Below, in pieces: positions 28,201-43,164 of a stretch of 64,000 nt of DNA. Position numbers and translations under genes: made by a program. The notes below the pieces were generated by a model, which did not search any database, was not told where the DNA came from, and saw only the letters and a program-made list of their open reading frames with translations. The first letter of the stretch is position 1. Each line of letters starts with the position of its first letter. The stretch is taken from NCBI RefSeq assembly GCF_009914755.1, contig NC_060932.1; one strand, 5' to 3'. Origin of the DNA: the human T2T-CHM13v2.0 reference genome, Homo sapiens.

Positions 28201-28339
28201 CATTTAGGGAAAAGCAAACTGTGAATGGCAATAATAATAATAATAATAATAGCTTTAAAAACAAAGTCTTTGAATGCATATCAGGCTTATAGAGTAGTGG
28301 TCCAGGTCAAAAAGATTAGCAACTCGTACCAACTACACC

Positions 28340-28712
<373 letters not shown>

Positions 28713-30371
28713 TAGCAAACACATTTGTATGCAAGCACCAGCACCTCTGGAATGGTCAGTAAGGGTCATTCATATATAAATGCACAAATGGAGTCAAATT
28801 GCTTTTCCTTTCCTTAGATTGGCTCCACTGAAGGATTGGAAATTTTGATCCAGAAAAGAGTTGTCAATTTTGGAGCACTTTTGAAGACAGGGTGTAGTCA
28901 GTGTCTAGAAAGAAATGCATACCTGTGGCGGTAGGTTCAGATATTAAAAAACAGGCTTGCCTCAAGCCTCTCCTGTGCCCTCAGATGAGCTGCTTCAGGG
29001 ATTCTATGAGAAAGCAAACTCTGACTAGCCTCTGACTTACAAGCGGACTTGGAGAACAGGCCATTTGTAAATCGAAGGTCATCCAGGCCTGCCTGTCTCA
29101 TTCTGGAGATCAGAAATGTTAAAAGGAGTGGAGAACCTAGGAAGCATTTACAGATGCCACATCTACGTTAGTAAGAGATCTGGAAACCATATATTAGTTG
29201 GTGTAAACTAGAACATTTAAGGGGGACACTATAACATCAAATATGTGAAGATCTGTCATTTAGATCTTCTGTTTGTTGCTATGGTTTGGAAGCCTCAGTA
29301 TCACAGGTAAAAGTCACAAAGCAGCCAATTTCAACACCCTGGAAGGATGAATTTTCTTATTCTTAGGGCAATCCAACAGTGGAACGGGCTGCCCTCCAAG
29401 AAACTACGGGCTTCTGCTAGCTCTAGAAATGCCTGAACTTATATTTGGTAGCTCTCTTGGGCAGGAGATTGGTTGGACTGAGCAATCTTAAAAATTTCTC
29501 ACACTACCCTCTGGTTCCAGGCTTCAGAAGGCAGCGCATTTCATTCCAGCACCAAGGCCTGAGGTCCCGTGCCCTTTTGAAAAGCTGAATAAGGACAAAA
29601 ATATACAAAGTCAGACTTGCTACAGCTGAGATAGGGCAAAACTTCCAAAGACTCTAGTACAAAGAGAGAGACCAAATGGGAAAACAAATAGACAATACAA
29701 AAGGCGTACAAATGTCTTGATTACTAAATACAACTTCTTGCCGCAGCTTGCTTTAGTGCTTGTGGCCCCTGTCCTCATCTATAATACCTGCTAGCTTGGA
29801 ATATTTACAACAGCCGCTGAGGAGTGGCAGTTTCCCAGCACTGCCTGGCCTTTCGTTGTGCAACAGGGAGCAAGTAAAGTCACTGTGCATAAGCATTTGT
29901 ACTTTTAGAAATTAGGGGGAAAAAAAGCGTGTGCTGTGGACACATTTTATTCTTTGTGGAAAGCTCACCAGGTGGTTGCCAGTTTATCAAGAGCAATAAA
30001 TGCCTGCGGAAATGTAATGACCTGGAGAGCATTGCTTTTATCTGAACTCTATAGTTGGAAGGAAAACCAGTCAACCAAATGATACAGAAATAAGACCCGC
30101 AAGGGGCACACTTGACAAGTTTTGTTCCGCAGGACAGGAGCCAGGGCTGAAGTGCGCAATGGAGGCATGGCTGACTGCAGCCTCCAGCCGTTTCCTGCAC
30201 CCTCTCTCCACACTGTGCTCACCTCTCCTCCAAATAAAGTTGAATAAATATTTAGAGAATGTTGGTTTGAAGGGAAGCCACATTATTAAGCTACTTAAAT
30301 GCCTTATGTCTGTGTCAAGCCCCGTTTGCCATAAGCTTCATGTAACCTATTACCTTTTTTTCTCTTTACAG

Positions 30372-30398
30372 TGTCCATGGAAAACACTGGCGAACAAG
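30372..30398 (+). CDS. ZDHHC2: coding exon 2, 27-nt microexon (VSMENTGEQ)
   Basis: Acceptor ttttttctctttacag|, donor AAG|GTAAGC; phase 1-1. Confidence 0.96.
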
Positions 30399-30950
30399 GT
30401 AAGCTAGATTATATTAATGTTATAGATTTTTTAAATAGTTTGAAAAAAAATTGTATTCACTTAGATTTGGTTGGGATTAATAAATTGTTCTTTGAGAATG
30501 TGGAGACAAGCTAGGGTTAAAGATGTCTCATTTCTCTTAAGTTTGCAGATTGAATTCTGTCAGACCCTTGGCAAAGAATTCTATCCTGAAATGGCTGTCA
30601 TTGTGCCAGAGATTCTTAAGGCTTTGAGGTATAGGGATATCAACAATTTCCTTTCCTAATTCAGATTATGAACTTATAACTGAGTCACCTACATAATTTA
30701 TGAAAAATATTGTTGGCTTTAGTCATCTCACACCGATTTAAGTGCCTTATTGAATAATTCAAATTTTTAATGATTCTATGAGTATCCTCATTCTTTAGAA
30801 AAATTTAAAATTGCTATTAAAGTTTTAAAATGCCAAATATGCTATATTTAAATTAGCATATTTTATTCAATGATATCTTACAGAATTAAATTGTGTATTA
30901 ATGTATTACCCAGAAGGAAGCATTATCACCATATAGAAAATTAATATTTA

Positions 30951-31270
<320 letters not shown>

Positions 31271-31913
31271 TTTTGGATAGTATTTCAAGACTTTATAACA
31301 CCACCCAGAGTGTGTTTATATGCATTACTGAAAAAAGTATTCAGAACACTTTTTTAAAACAATTGTCCCATGTAATAAATAAGACACTTGAACTCCCACT
31401 GAAGGAAATCTCTTTGTCCAGATGTTCTCCATTTAAATGTGTTATCATTACACCAGCTTTGACTAGAGCCAAGCAAATAAGCAAACAGCTTCTCAAATAG
31501 GAACTGCCTTTGTTATCTGTGTCAGTAAAGCAAAGTTCTTAAAGCCTGAGTGTTTTAACACTTGTTTTTAATGCTGTGTTTGCTGTTTAAATTTGGAGGC
31601 GTAACTGCCTCATTTTTACAATTTAGAAAAGGTCCTTGTTAGTGATTTTGCCAATAGATGGTCTGTCTACAGATGGGAGGCTTTTATTCATGGGCATAGA
31701 TCTCATTATGCATTTAGGAATTTTTGTAAAAAACTCTTGGCTTTGGAAATAAATTCGTTGAGTTGTGTTTATTCTAGTATAAAGTAAAGGAACTTTCATA
31801 ATGTATTATAATTGGTAATTTGGTTATTTTAAAACAAGCAGATCGGTTGTGACTGTCATAATTTTAGTATGTATTTGCATATTATAATGATAATTATGTT
31901 TTTCTCATTTTAG

Positions 31914-32008
31914 TTGTGTGCCTGATGGCCTATCATCTACTTTTTGCAATGTTTGTCTGGTCATACTGGAAAACTATCTTTACATTACCAATGAATCCTT
32001 CAAAAGAA
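31914..32008 (+). CDS. ZDHHC2: coding exon 3 (VVCLMAYHLL...PMNPSKE; TM2)
   Basis: Acceptor tttctcattttag|, donor GAA|GTAAGT; 95 nt. Confidence 0.96.
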
Positions 32009-32346
32009 GTAAGTTAAAATATTAACGAAATTATTCTAATAATAGAAATCAATAATACTGATGTATTATTGAAGAACGAATTTTATTTTAATGTTGCAAA
32101 CTTATTGAGTTTAGTGACTTTTTAGATTAAAAAAATTAGTATTTCTGTTAATAAATACTTGAATTTTCACCTGGAAATATTAGTGTTTTCACCAGATAAG
32201 CACTGCATTTTCTGTATTGAATCTGTTATGAATTCCATTTCCACTTTAGAGTCAGACATCAGGATGGATGGATAGGTAGACAAAGATAGATAATAAAATA
32301 GAGCTAGAAGGTAGACATAATTCTATGATAATTATCACATTAAAGG

Positions 32347-32790
32347 TGTATTAGTTGGTTATCAGCCACCAGAAACAACAACAACAAAATAATGGCTTAG
32401 CTAATCTTCTCTGCATTCAAAAAGTCTGTAGCTAGTCCACAGCTTCCAGGTGCCCACACTCCTTCTATCTTGTTTCTCTGCCACGTGTAGCCTCCATTTC
32501 CAAGGTCCCCTCTTGGTCTAAGGGGGACTCTGCGGTTCCAACCATCACATCTACATTGTAGCCAGCAGACCAAAGAAAGTAGGAAAGAGAAGTAAATGTC
32601 CTCCTCTTCAAGAACACTTTCTAGACATTGCTGACGTCATTTCCACTTACATTTAGAAGTTGGTTATATGGCCACATCTACCCACAAGGAAGGGGGGAGT
32701 GTAGCCTTTCTTCTCGATGACCATGTTAAACATGAGAGAAGAAGAGAAATATGGTTACTGAGAGACAACTAGCAATCTCTGCTTCAGAGG
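32347..32790. mobile_element. old MLT1 (J/K-like) LTR remnant
   Basis: aataatggcttag...tccttctatcttg...ttccacttacatt...atggccacatcta. Confidence 0.55.
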
Positions 32791-33299
32791 GCTTTAAGTA
32801 GAGTGATGGATCAAATTTGCATGTTGAAAAGATCATTCTGTTTGTTTCTGGATCATGCATCCTGGTTAAACGTTCTTGGAGCAAAGAATTGTGTCTCACT
32901 CATTTTTGTATCCTTGGCGTATAGCCCAGTACATTGTTGAATAAAAATATACTTTGCTAACTCTAATAACAGTGTAGTTTTAGTAAGCCAAGTTTAAAAA
33001 AAAAAAGCATCACTGTAGACTGTTTACTGAAGTAATCAGTTTGAAATGCAACTTTGGTCAAAAAAGCCAATAAATATGCTATTTGGCTTGGGAGAGGATG
33101 GTAAAAACCACAGATGTTTGCGCAGAATTAATGGTATGCCTGGCTTAGAATGCCTATCTATTGCCTGTTTTTCTTCTATTCTCCACTTCTTTTTCTATCC
33201 CAGTCTTTTTTTTTCCTTCCTCCTACCATATTTGCTTCTTTTCCATCATCTCTCTTACCCTCATCCTGTCCCTAGTAGTAGGTTTGAAGAAAAATACTG

Positions 33300-35105
33300 A
33301 CTTCTATCATAGGTAGTCTCATCCACTCTGGTAGTTTACATACAACCTCTGTTTTGATAACTCCCAAATCTGTTTTGAGTTCTAAACTCCCCCTTAAATT
33401 TCAAACTTATGTATCCCCCTGCCAAGCATAGCTTCTTGATAATTCCACCAACATCTCAAATACAAAACATCAAAAACAGACGTCATCACCTTCTCCTTCC
33501 CCAGACTGTGAGTCATCTGTTTCTTATGTCAGTTAATGGGCAGTTTATCACTGCTCTAATTCTGGGTCTTCATCATCTCCCTTGTCTGAGATATTGTATT
33601 CTTCTCCTGGTAATTTGGTTATTTTAAAACAAGCAGATCATTTGTGAATACCATAATTTTAGTCTGTACTTGCATATTATAATGATAATTATGTTTCTCT
33701 CATTTTAGTTGTGTGCCTAATGGCCTATCATCTACTTTTTGCAATGTTTGTCTGGTCATACTGGAAAACCATCTTAAGGTTTTCTGTTTACAGCCTGGCC
33801 TACCTTTCCTTCCCAGAACCCCACAAAACTTCATCCAATACCCTGAAGCTGGAGTGGTCCTCCTAAAAACCAATGTAACGCCTTCCCTCTACTGCTTGTA
33901 TCTATTGTGATTCCATATATCCCACAGGGGAAAGCTCAGTCTCTTCTGCCTAGCAATAATAGCAGCTCTTGTCTCAATTTCTGACTTTATACTTTATACT
34001 CTAGTAGTTCTTAACTACACATAGTTTCCTGTATACAACATGGCATTATTTCCTTTCCAAAATATTCTTACCCCTTTCTCATGGAAATAATATATTTATT
34101 TTCCATTCATACTGGCAGCTCCTTCTTGGCCTCCTTTGCTGGTTCCTCTTCAGCTCCTAGACTGCCAAAGCATTGGAATGTTCCAGAGCTTAATCCCTGG
34201 ACTTCTCTTCTTATATACCTGCATTTATTCCCTCGTGGATTTCATTGAGTTCTGTGACTTTATGTGTCACCCCAGTGCCGCAGCTCTCAGATTAATATAT
34301 TAGCCTGGTGCTTGCTAATAAACGCCTGACACATTTCCAGCTCCCTATTTGACATCTAATAGAAATTTCAGGTTCAACACAACTGAAAACAAACTTCTGA
34401 TTTCTCATTTAATTCCCCAGTTCTTCTAGTCCTAAAGTTTTCTTATGTCAGTAATGACAGTTTCACTCTTCTGTTCAGGCCAGAAACATTGGTGTCATCC
34501 TTGGCTACTCTTTTTCTCTCGGACGCCACATCTAGTCAATCAGAAAATTCTATACCCTCACCCTCAGAGTATGGCCACAATGTGAACTCATGTGCCGCAC
34601 TGCTCCCTGCTCCCACCCCGGTCCAAGCCACCATCCTCTCTCATTTATAGATTTGCAGTAGCCTCTTAACAGGTTTCTTTTTGTTGGGTTTTTTTTTTTG
34701 GTGTTTTGTTATGTTTTTTTTTTTTTTTTTGGCCTCCTCTTGTGTATTTTCAACACAGTAGCCAAAGTGATCCTTTCAAAAGACAAGGCAAATCTCTCAC
34801 TTTTTTGATGTCTTTATACAAATGGTACCTTATCATTGAGGCTGTCTGTGATGACTCAACATAGAATAGCAACCCCACTACCCTCGGCTTTCCCTGCACC
34901 TTACCTTCCTGGATTTTTCTCCATAACATTTACCATCATGGCAACACACTGCATATTTATTTGTTGAATACTTTTGAAAATACACCATCGTTAGAATGTA
35001 GGTTCCATAAGGGCGTGAAATGTATCTTTGTTCACTGCTTCATCACCAGTGCCTAAAGCAGTGTCTGACCTATAGAAGGTACTCAAGAGATACTTTTTAA
35101 GTGAC
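33300..35105 (+). mobile_element. L2 remnants (host of the exon-3 copy)
   Basis: ctcccaaatct...catctcaaa...catcatctccc...tgttcactgct...ccagtgccta...gtactcaa. Confidence 0.7.
33608..33775 (+). pseudogene. partial duplicate of exon 3 plus upstream intron (pseudo-exon)
   Basis: Ungapped match to 31813-31980 with 10 mismatches in 168 nt. Confidence 0.95.
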
Positions 35106-35754
35106 TAAAAGTAGGGAAGAAGTTATTCATACACATGCAGGTTTATTTTTATGGCCTTGGCAGGAAGTTGAAGTGACTTCTAACTTCTCTCTAAAATTAT
35201 ATATGACACCATTGGCTAACAGTGAAGACCTAAGTGGGTTAATTAAGGGTTGGGAGAGTAGAGAAGGTTTGAAATAGTGGATTGGACAGAGTGGCAAAAG
35301 GATATGAAACACACGGAAGAAAGAACACAGCATTGAAGGAGCAGTCAAATCGATGACAGTGACATTATAACGGTATCAGGCTTCATTGTGTGATTTTTCT
35401 ACAAAAGACGTACCTTAGTCATACAACTGTTTGAGATAGATACTATTTTTTACTATTTTACAGATGGAGCCACTGGCTTTGAACATGAAACAATTAAGGT
35501 ATCTAGTGCTACTGTGTGGGAGAGCTAAGGTTCAACCAAAAGTCCTTTCAACCCTTAAGGACACTTTCTTTTCACTACACCATGCTCTAGTATGGAGAGC
35601 AAGCACAATGGGTGGGAGTGCCCAGGACTTCAATTGAAGCATGGGGGAAAAATAGCAAAAATTTTTTTACGTATTATTCATTTAATATTTTTATTTTTTA
35701 AAGTTTTGTATATGAGGTACATAAGCTATTAGCTGATAAAATATATACCAATAC

Positions 35755-35862
35755 ACTTGAACCTGGGAGGCGGAGGTTGCAGTGAGCCGAGATCGCACCA
35801 CTGCACTCCAGCCTGGGCGACAGATCGACACTCCGTCTCAAAAAAAAAAAAGAAAAGAAAAG
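35755..35862 (+). mobile_element. 5'-truncated Alu
   Basis: TSD aatatataccaata on both sides. Confidence 0.92.
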
Positions 35863-36392
35863 AATATATACCAATAAATACTCATCTGTTAGCAGTGTGA
35901 TCTCACGTAATTTTTTACGGTTAGGGGAACATGATCAAAAGAGTTTGGAGACCACTGTTAGGAAGAAAGAGCCCTTGTCTGGTGGTTAAGAACCTTAGAA
36001 TATTCCCTTTATAAAACGCAAGGTCTTGGGCTATTCTTTTAATTGATCAGCTGTTAGAGACCTCTCGCTTGTAAAATGAGGATCCTGAACTGAAAACATG
36101 TGAATTAAAATTTGCCCTTTTCATAGCAAGATTGTTAAAGTGATAATAGTTTTTCATTGGTAAGATTTTCTCAATATAAAAGTAATACAACCGCACTAAA
36201 TTATATTTTGAAAATGAAGACTAGGCAAAAAGAAAAAAGAGAAAAATCCGTTACACCAATTCAAGCACTTTACATTCTGAATTTCTTTGTAGTTAAAAAA
36301 AACTTGTGAGTACCTAATAGATATATATATTTATGGGGTACCTGAGGTATTTTGATACAGGCATGCAATGTGTAATAATCACATCAGCGTAA

Positions 36393-36978
<586 letters not shown>

Positions 36979-37559
36979 CTTATTCATTCTTTCTAACTTT
37001 TTTGGTTTTGTTACCGTTAACTTTCCCCACTTATGTCCAAGTTTCCTACTACCCTTCCCAGCCTCTGGTTGCCATCCTTTTATTCTCTATCTCTATGAGT
37101 TTAGTTGTTTTAATTTTTAGCTCCCACAAGTAAGTGAGAGCATGCAAAGTTTGTCTTTCTCTGCCTTGCTTATTTTACTTAACATAATGACCTCGAGTTC
37201 CATTCATGTTGTTGCAAATGATGGGATCTCATTCTTTGTTTTGTGGCTGAATATATTCCATTGTGTAAGTAAACACCACATTTTCATTATCCATTCATCC
37301 ATTGATGGACACTGAGTTTCCTTTCAAATCTTGGCTATTGTGAGTAGTGCTGCAATAAACATGGGAGTGCAGATTATCTCTTTAACATACTTGTTTCCTT
37401 TCTTTTGGGTATATACTCACAGTAGAATTGCTGGGTCATATGGTAGCTCTATTTTTAGTTTTTTGAGAAACCCATCGTAGTAGTACTAATTTACATTCTC
37501 ACCAACAGTATACAAGGGTTCCCTTTTCTCCACCATCTCACCAGCATTTGTTATTGCCT

Positions 37560-37868
37560 TTATTTTACTTTATTGGTATTTTTTGAGGTAAGGTCTTGCT
37601 CTGTTGGCCAGGCTGGTGTGCAGTGCTGCAATCACAGCTCACTGCAGCTTTGACTTCCTGGGTTCGAGCAATAGTCCCACCTCAGCCCCCTAAGTAGCTG
37701 TGACTACAGGCATGCATCACCACGCCTATCTAATTTTTTTTAATTTTTTGTAGAGATGAGATTTCACTATGTTGCCTAGGCTGGCCTCAGACTCCTGGGC
37801 TCGAATGGTCCTCCCGCTTTGGCCTCCCAAAGTGCTGGGATTATAAGCATGAGCCACTGCACCTGCCC
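37560..37868 (-). mobile_element. AluJ-like inside L1
   Basis: Reverse-strand Alu. Confidence 0.9.
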
Positions 37869-39356
37869 TTTGCCTATCTTTAGGATAAAAGCTATTTGAA
37901 CTGGGGTACGATGATAACTCATTGTAGTTTTGATTTGCATTTCTCTGATGACCATGGATGTTGAGCACATCTTCATATACCTGTTTGCCCTTTGTGTGTC
38001 GTCTTTTGAGAAATGTCTATTCAGATCTTTTGCTCATTTTTAAATTGGATTATTAGATTTTTTTCCTATAGAGTTGTTCGAGGTCCTTATACATTCTGGA
38101 TATTAATCCTTTATCAAATGGGGAGTTGCCAAATACTTTCTCCCATTCTGTGGGTTGTGTCTTCTCTTGGTTGATTGTTTCCTTTGCTGTGCAAAAGCCT
38201 TTTAACTTGATGTGATCCCATTTGTCCACTTTTGCTTTGGTTGCCTGTGCTTGTGAGGTATGATTCAAGAAATCCTTGCCTACACCAATGCTTTGGAGAG
38301 TTTCCCCAACGTTTTCTTTTACTGGTTTCATAATTTGAGGTCTTAGATTTAAGTCTTTAATCCATTTTGATTTTTGCGTATGGCAAGAGATATGTGTCTC
38401 ATTTCATTCTTCTGCATATGGATATCTAGTTTCCCCAGCAGCACTTACTGAAGAGACTGCCCTTTCCCCAGTGTATGTTCTTGGCATCTGTGTTGAAAAT
38501 GAGTTTACTGTAGATGTAAGGATTTGTTTCTGGGCTCTCTGTTCTTTTCCATTGGTCTATGTATGCCAGTACCATGCTATTTTGGTTACTGTGTACGAAT
38601 GCTAGTCTTACGCCAGTACCGTGCTATTTAGGTTACTCCCCTACACTAAACTCTGTAGTATAATTTGAAGTCAGGTAATGTGAGTCTTCCAGTTTTGTTC
38701 TTTTTACTCAGGATAGTTTTGGCTATTCTGGGTCTTTTGTGATTCCATATACATTTTAGTATTTGTCCTCCTTGGGAAGGCTTTCCAGGTTAGGTGTTGT
38801 GATCTAAGCTGCGTCTGCATTAGGAGATACCCCAATCCCAGTAATACTGTGGTTCTTACAGACTGGTAGATGTGTACTGCCTTGGTGGTCTTGGATAAGA
38901 TTTGGAAGAATTCTCTGGATTACCAGGCAGCGACTCTTGTTCTTCTGCCTTATATTCTTCTAAACAAACAGAGCCTCTCTCTCTCTCTGCTGAGCTGCCG
39001 GGAGCTGGTGGAGGGGTGACATGGCACCTCTGTGGCCAACACCACTGGGACTGTGCTCAGTCAGACCCGAAGTCAGGATAGCATTGGGTCTCGCCCAAGG
39101 CCCATTATGTCCACTGCCTGCCTCCCCCATCTGCGTTTGCTCAAGGCTGAAGGGCTCTGCAGTCAGTAGGTAGCAAAGTCAGCCAGGCTTGGGTCCTTCC
39201 CTTCAGGGTAGAGAGTTTGCTCCGGCCCTGGCCGGGTTCAGAGATGCCATCACAGATCCAAAGACTGCAGTCAAAAACCTTTTAGTGTTTTTTGGTATTC
39301 AGAGTGTACCTGTTCCCATTTTTTAAATGTAATAGTCCATCAGTGGCTTATTAGCA

Positions 39357-39835
39357 TTTTTTTTATTATACTTTAAGTTCTGGGGTACATGTCCAGAACG
39401 TGGAGGTTTGTTACATAGGTATACACGTGCCATGGTGATTTGCTGCACCCATCAACCCCATCATCTACATTAGGTATTTATCCTAGTGCTGTCCCTCCCC
39501 TAGATCCCCACCCCACGACAGGCCCTGGTGTGTGATGTTCCTTCCTGTGTCCATGTGTTCTCACTGTTCCACTCCCACTTATGAGTGAGAACGTGCAGTG
39601 TTTGGTTTTCTGTTCTTGTATTAGTTTGCTGAGAATGATGGTTTCCAGCTTCATCCACGTCCCTGCAAAGGACATGAACTCATCCTTTTTTATGGCTTCA
39701 TAGTATTCCGTGGTATGTATGTGCCACATGTTCTTTATCCAGTCTATCATTGATGGGCATTTGGGTTGGTTCCAAGCCTTCGCTATTGTGAACAGTGCCG
39801 CAATAAACATATGTGTGCCTCTGTCTTTATAGTAG
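39357..39835 (-). mobile_element. L1PA 3' end (5'-truncated)
   Basis: ORF 39478..39810(-) MFIAALFTIAKAWNQPKCPS... is the L1 ORF2 C-terminus; ttattatactttaagttct end. Confidence 0.93.
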
Positions 39836-41086
39836 ATTCTTTCACTGACATATCACTTTTAAAGTTTTTTAAATTGTAAAATATTTTATACATATTTTTG
39901 TATATATACAAAATATATAAATATATAAATATATATATATACAAAATATATAAGAACGTATATATAATGCACTACTTAAAGAATAATTAAGTGAAAACAC
40001 CTAAGCAGCCACCGAGCCAGTATGTCAAACATTGTTCATATTTTCCATCTCTGCTGTGCATCTCCCAGCTGTTTCCCTTTATTCCTCAAAACTTAACAAC
40101 TATCCTGCGTTTCTGTTATTCTTTTTTCTTTATAATTTTATCACATGTGCATGTATCTCTCAACAACAGTGTATATGTTGTTTAGCTTGCTGGTTTTAAA
40201 ATTATATGAATGAATCATTGTATATATGTTCTATAAGATTGTTTTATGTTGTTCAGTATACTGAGGTTCTTTCCTTTGCTATACACAGCTATAGTTTATT
40301 AATTGTTAAATGCCGGTACTATTCCATTATTTGGATATATCATACTCCAATTTATCCATCATCCTTTTGATGGACATTTGAGTTGTGTTCTTTTTTTTGT
40401 ATTTCAAACAATGATACTGAGATTTTTCTTGTACATGTCTCCTGGCGCACATTTATAGAAATTTATACAGGTGTATGTGTGTCTGTGTGGAAGATATGTA
40501 TTTATATACATATTATTAAACAGAAGCCCAAATTTTCTTTTTCTCAAATATTTTAAAATTAGCTGGGCAAAATTGTCAGTATAAGAAGTAAAATAAATAA
40601 TTAGACCCTTTAGAAGTGCTGGGGGAGATTTTATGTAAGGATTATCCCTAAGTTAAAACTCACTTAGGTAAGAAGATATGCTTAATGGATTTTCTACATT
40701 TGTTCTTAATGATCTAAATGAAAAATTTATTCATTGAGTTATGTTTATTCATTGGGCCATCTTATCTATCAATGTAACTCATATTTTGTTGGAACTCTAC
40801 GGTTTATAAGCATTTTTATGTACTCTGTTCCTTTTGAGTTACACAAAAACCAGAGGAAGTAGGTACAGTTGTATTATGATGATGATTATTATACCCTTTT
40901 TCTAGATGCATAAATGAATGACCTGTGAGGTGAACAGACTTGCCCACGTTTCAAACTCTATTGTCTCTTTGAATGTACAATATACCATTAATATTTTATA
41001 AATACCCTTTTCCGGGTATGGTAGAGAAGACCAATATGTTATAATTTCTTTGAAAATACTGATTAAGATTTAAATGTATTCCACAG

Positions 41087-41207
41087 TTCCATCTCTCTTA
41101 TGCAGAGAAAGATTTGTTGGAGAGAGAGCCAAGAGGAGAAGCCCATCAGGAAGTTCTTAGGCGAGCAGCCAAGGATCTTCCCATCTATACCAGGACCATG
41201 TCTGGAG
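41087..41207 (+). CDS. ZDHHC2: coding exon 4 (FHLSYAEK...TRTMSG)
   Basis: Acceptor ttccacag|, donor GAG|GTAAAT; 121 nt. Confidence 0.96.
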
Positions 41208-41837
41208 GTAAATGTTGATAATGAGTGCTTTGCAATGGTATGCAAATAACATCATTAAGGTGACTGTAAGAAAGTGTGTTTATGTACTTGAAATGGTAAA
41301 ACACTCATTTCAGAATGCTGTGTTATTTCTTGGATTGCTGTTAAATCTTTCCTGTGTGATTCCATAAAACAGAATGGAAACACGAATAGCACTGTAGCAC
41401 AGAGATCGCAAGGAAATCAGAACTGACTTTAATCCTGTTCTGCCTACTTAGTTATGACTCAGTGAAGATGTGGGAACTGCTGAAATCTTGATTTATGGTA
41501 GTACTCATGTTTAAGGTTTTAATTGTAGACTTTCCTATTTATATTTAATTTAAGGCAGCAGTATCTGTAATGAATATAAAATGAATACTTTTACATGTAT
41601 TTTTTCGTAAACTTAGAACAGTCATATAGGTGATGTAAAATTTCATTTAGGTATTGGTATAATTTTTTATCTATCTTTAAAATTTTCTTACAAATGCAAT
41701 AAATTAACAAATCTCTTACTTGGGACATATTTTAAGGTAATTTGACAACTATCCACTTAAACAGTTGTCTTAAAACTGATGTATATGGACTAGTGATGCT
41801 TACCCACCAAGACTTGCCCAGAGCTTCTGTGACTTCA

Positions 41838-41990
41838 GACCTGTGCTGTCCATTATGGTAGCCGCTAGCCCCATGTGGCTGTTGAGCGCTTGAAGTATGG
41901 CCAGTTCAAACTGACATGTGCTCTAAGTATTAAATACACACTGGTTTCAAAGACTTAGTATGAAAAATATATATAAAATATCTCATTAAT
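41838..41990. mobile_element. MER3-like hAT MITE
   Basis: gtgctgtccattatggtagccgctagccccatgtggct...taaatacacactgg. Confidence 0.7.
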
Positions 41991-41994
41991 GAAC

Positions 41995-42506
41995 AGACAC
42001 AGTGGCTTGTGCCTATAATCCCAGCAACTCGGGAGCCTGAGGTGGAGGATTGCTTGAGCCCAGGAGTTAGAAGTTGCAGTGAGCTGTGGTTGCACCACTG
42101 CACTGCCGCCTGGGTGACAGAGTGAGACCCTGTCTCTAAAAAATAAAATAAATAAAAAATGTTTAAAAAAAAAAAAACAGGAAAAACTCATTAAGATTTG
42201 CGACTCTGTGTGGTGTTTCATACACGTGTAATCTCAGCACTTTGGGAGGCCGAGGCAGGTGGATCACCTGAGGTCAGGAGTTTGAGACCGGTGTGGCCAA
42301 CATGGTGAAACCCCATCTCTACTAAAAATACAAAAAAATTAGCCTGGGCGTGGTGGCGCATGCCTGTAGTCCCAGCTACTCAGCTCAGGAGGCTGAGGTG
42401 GGAGAATTGCTTGAACTCAGGAGGCAGAGGCTACAGTGAGCTGAGATGACACCAGTGCACTCCAGCCTAGGTGACAGTGAGATTTCGTCTCAGAAAAAAA
42501 AAAAAA
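41995..42506 (+). mobile_element. Alu monomer (41995-42178) followed by a full Alu (42205-42506)
   Basis: Sense Alu sequences with A tails. Confidence 0.9.
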
Positions 42507-43164
42507 GAGGTTTTTATATTACTTATATTTGTTTCTGACTCACTTTAGAATCATAATTGAATCTTAACTATAAGTCTCACACATAATGTTTTCCTGGTTA
42601 ATATTGTGACCTTAGTTTTACCCTACAAAGACAGAGATGTGCTTATATATGTTTAGGTATATTTACCCTGTAAGGCTAAACAAACACTGCAGAAATTTAA
42701 GCCCCCTAGAAATAAATCATTGCTGAGTTTCCAAAGCTAGTTAGTGACAGTAAAAGGTGCAAAAACCTGGTGTCCTTATTCCTAGTTCAGTTTAAAACTT
42801 TTTTTGATAAATAACAGGGTACAAGAAATAAATTGGTTTAATTGAGGGAGACATTCTATTTATTTTGATTAACATGGACATATTTGTACCCTTTGTGAGC
42901 CTTATTATAACTACTGACAATTGAAAAAGCATCAGAAAAATTTCCTTAGGAGGTTCTCTCTTCTGGTTAAACCTCCAGAGAACTGTGGCTGTAGGCAAGT
43001 CATTCCATTTTTGTATTTAAACAGCATCAAATATCTTATTTTTTTACCATATTTAAATTTCATATGCTTTTTAAAATTTAAATTTGGAGAGATGATAAAA
43101 GCCATTTAATTGTATTTTCAATTCAGTGTTAACTCTAAGACTAAGTGGAGCTTTTTGTCCCTAG

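Noticed and set aside
38053-39810. ORFs resembling reverse-transcriptase protein C-termini
   Set aside because: Dead L1 ORF2 fragments, not genes.
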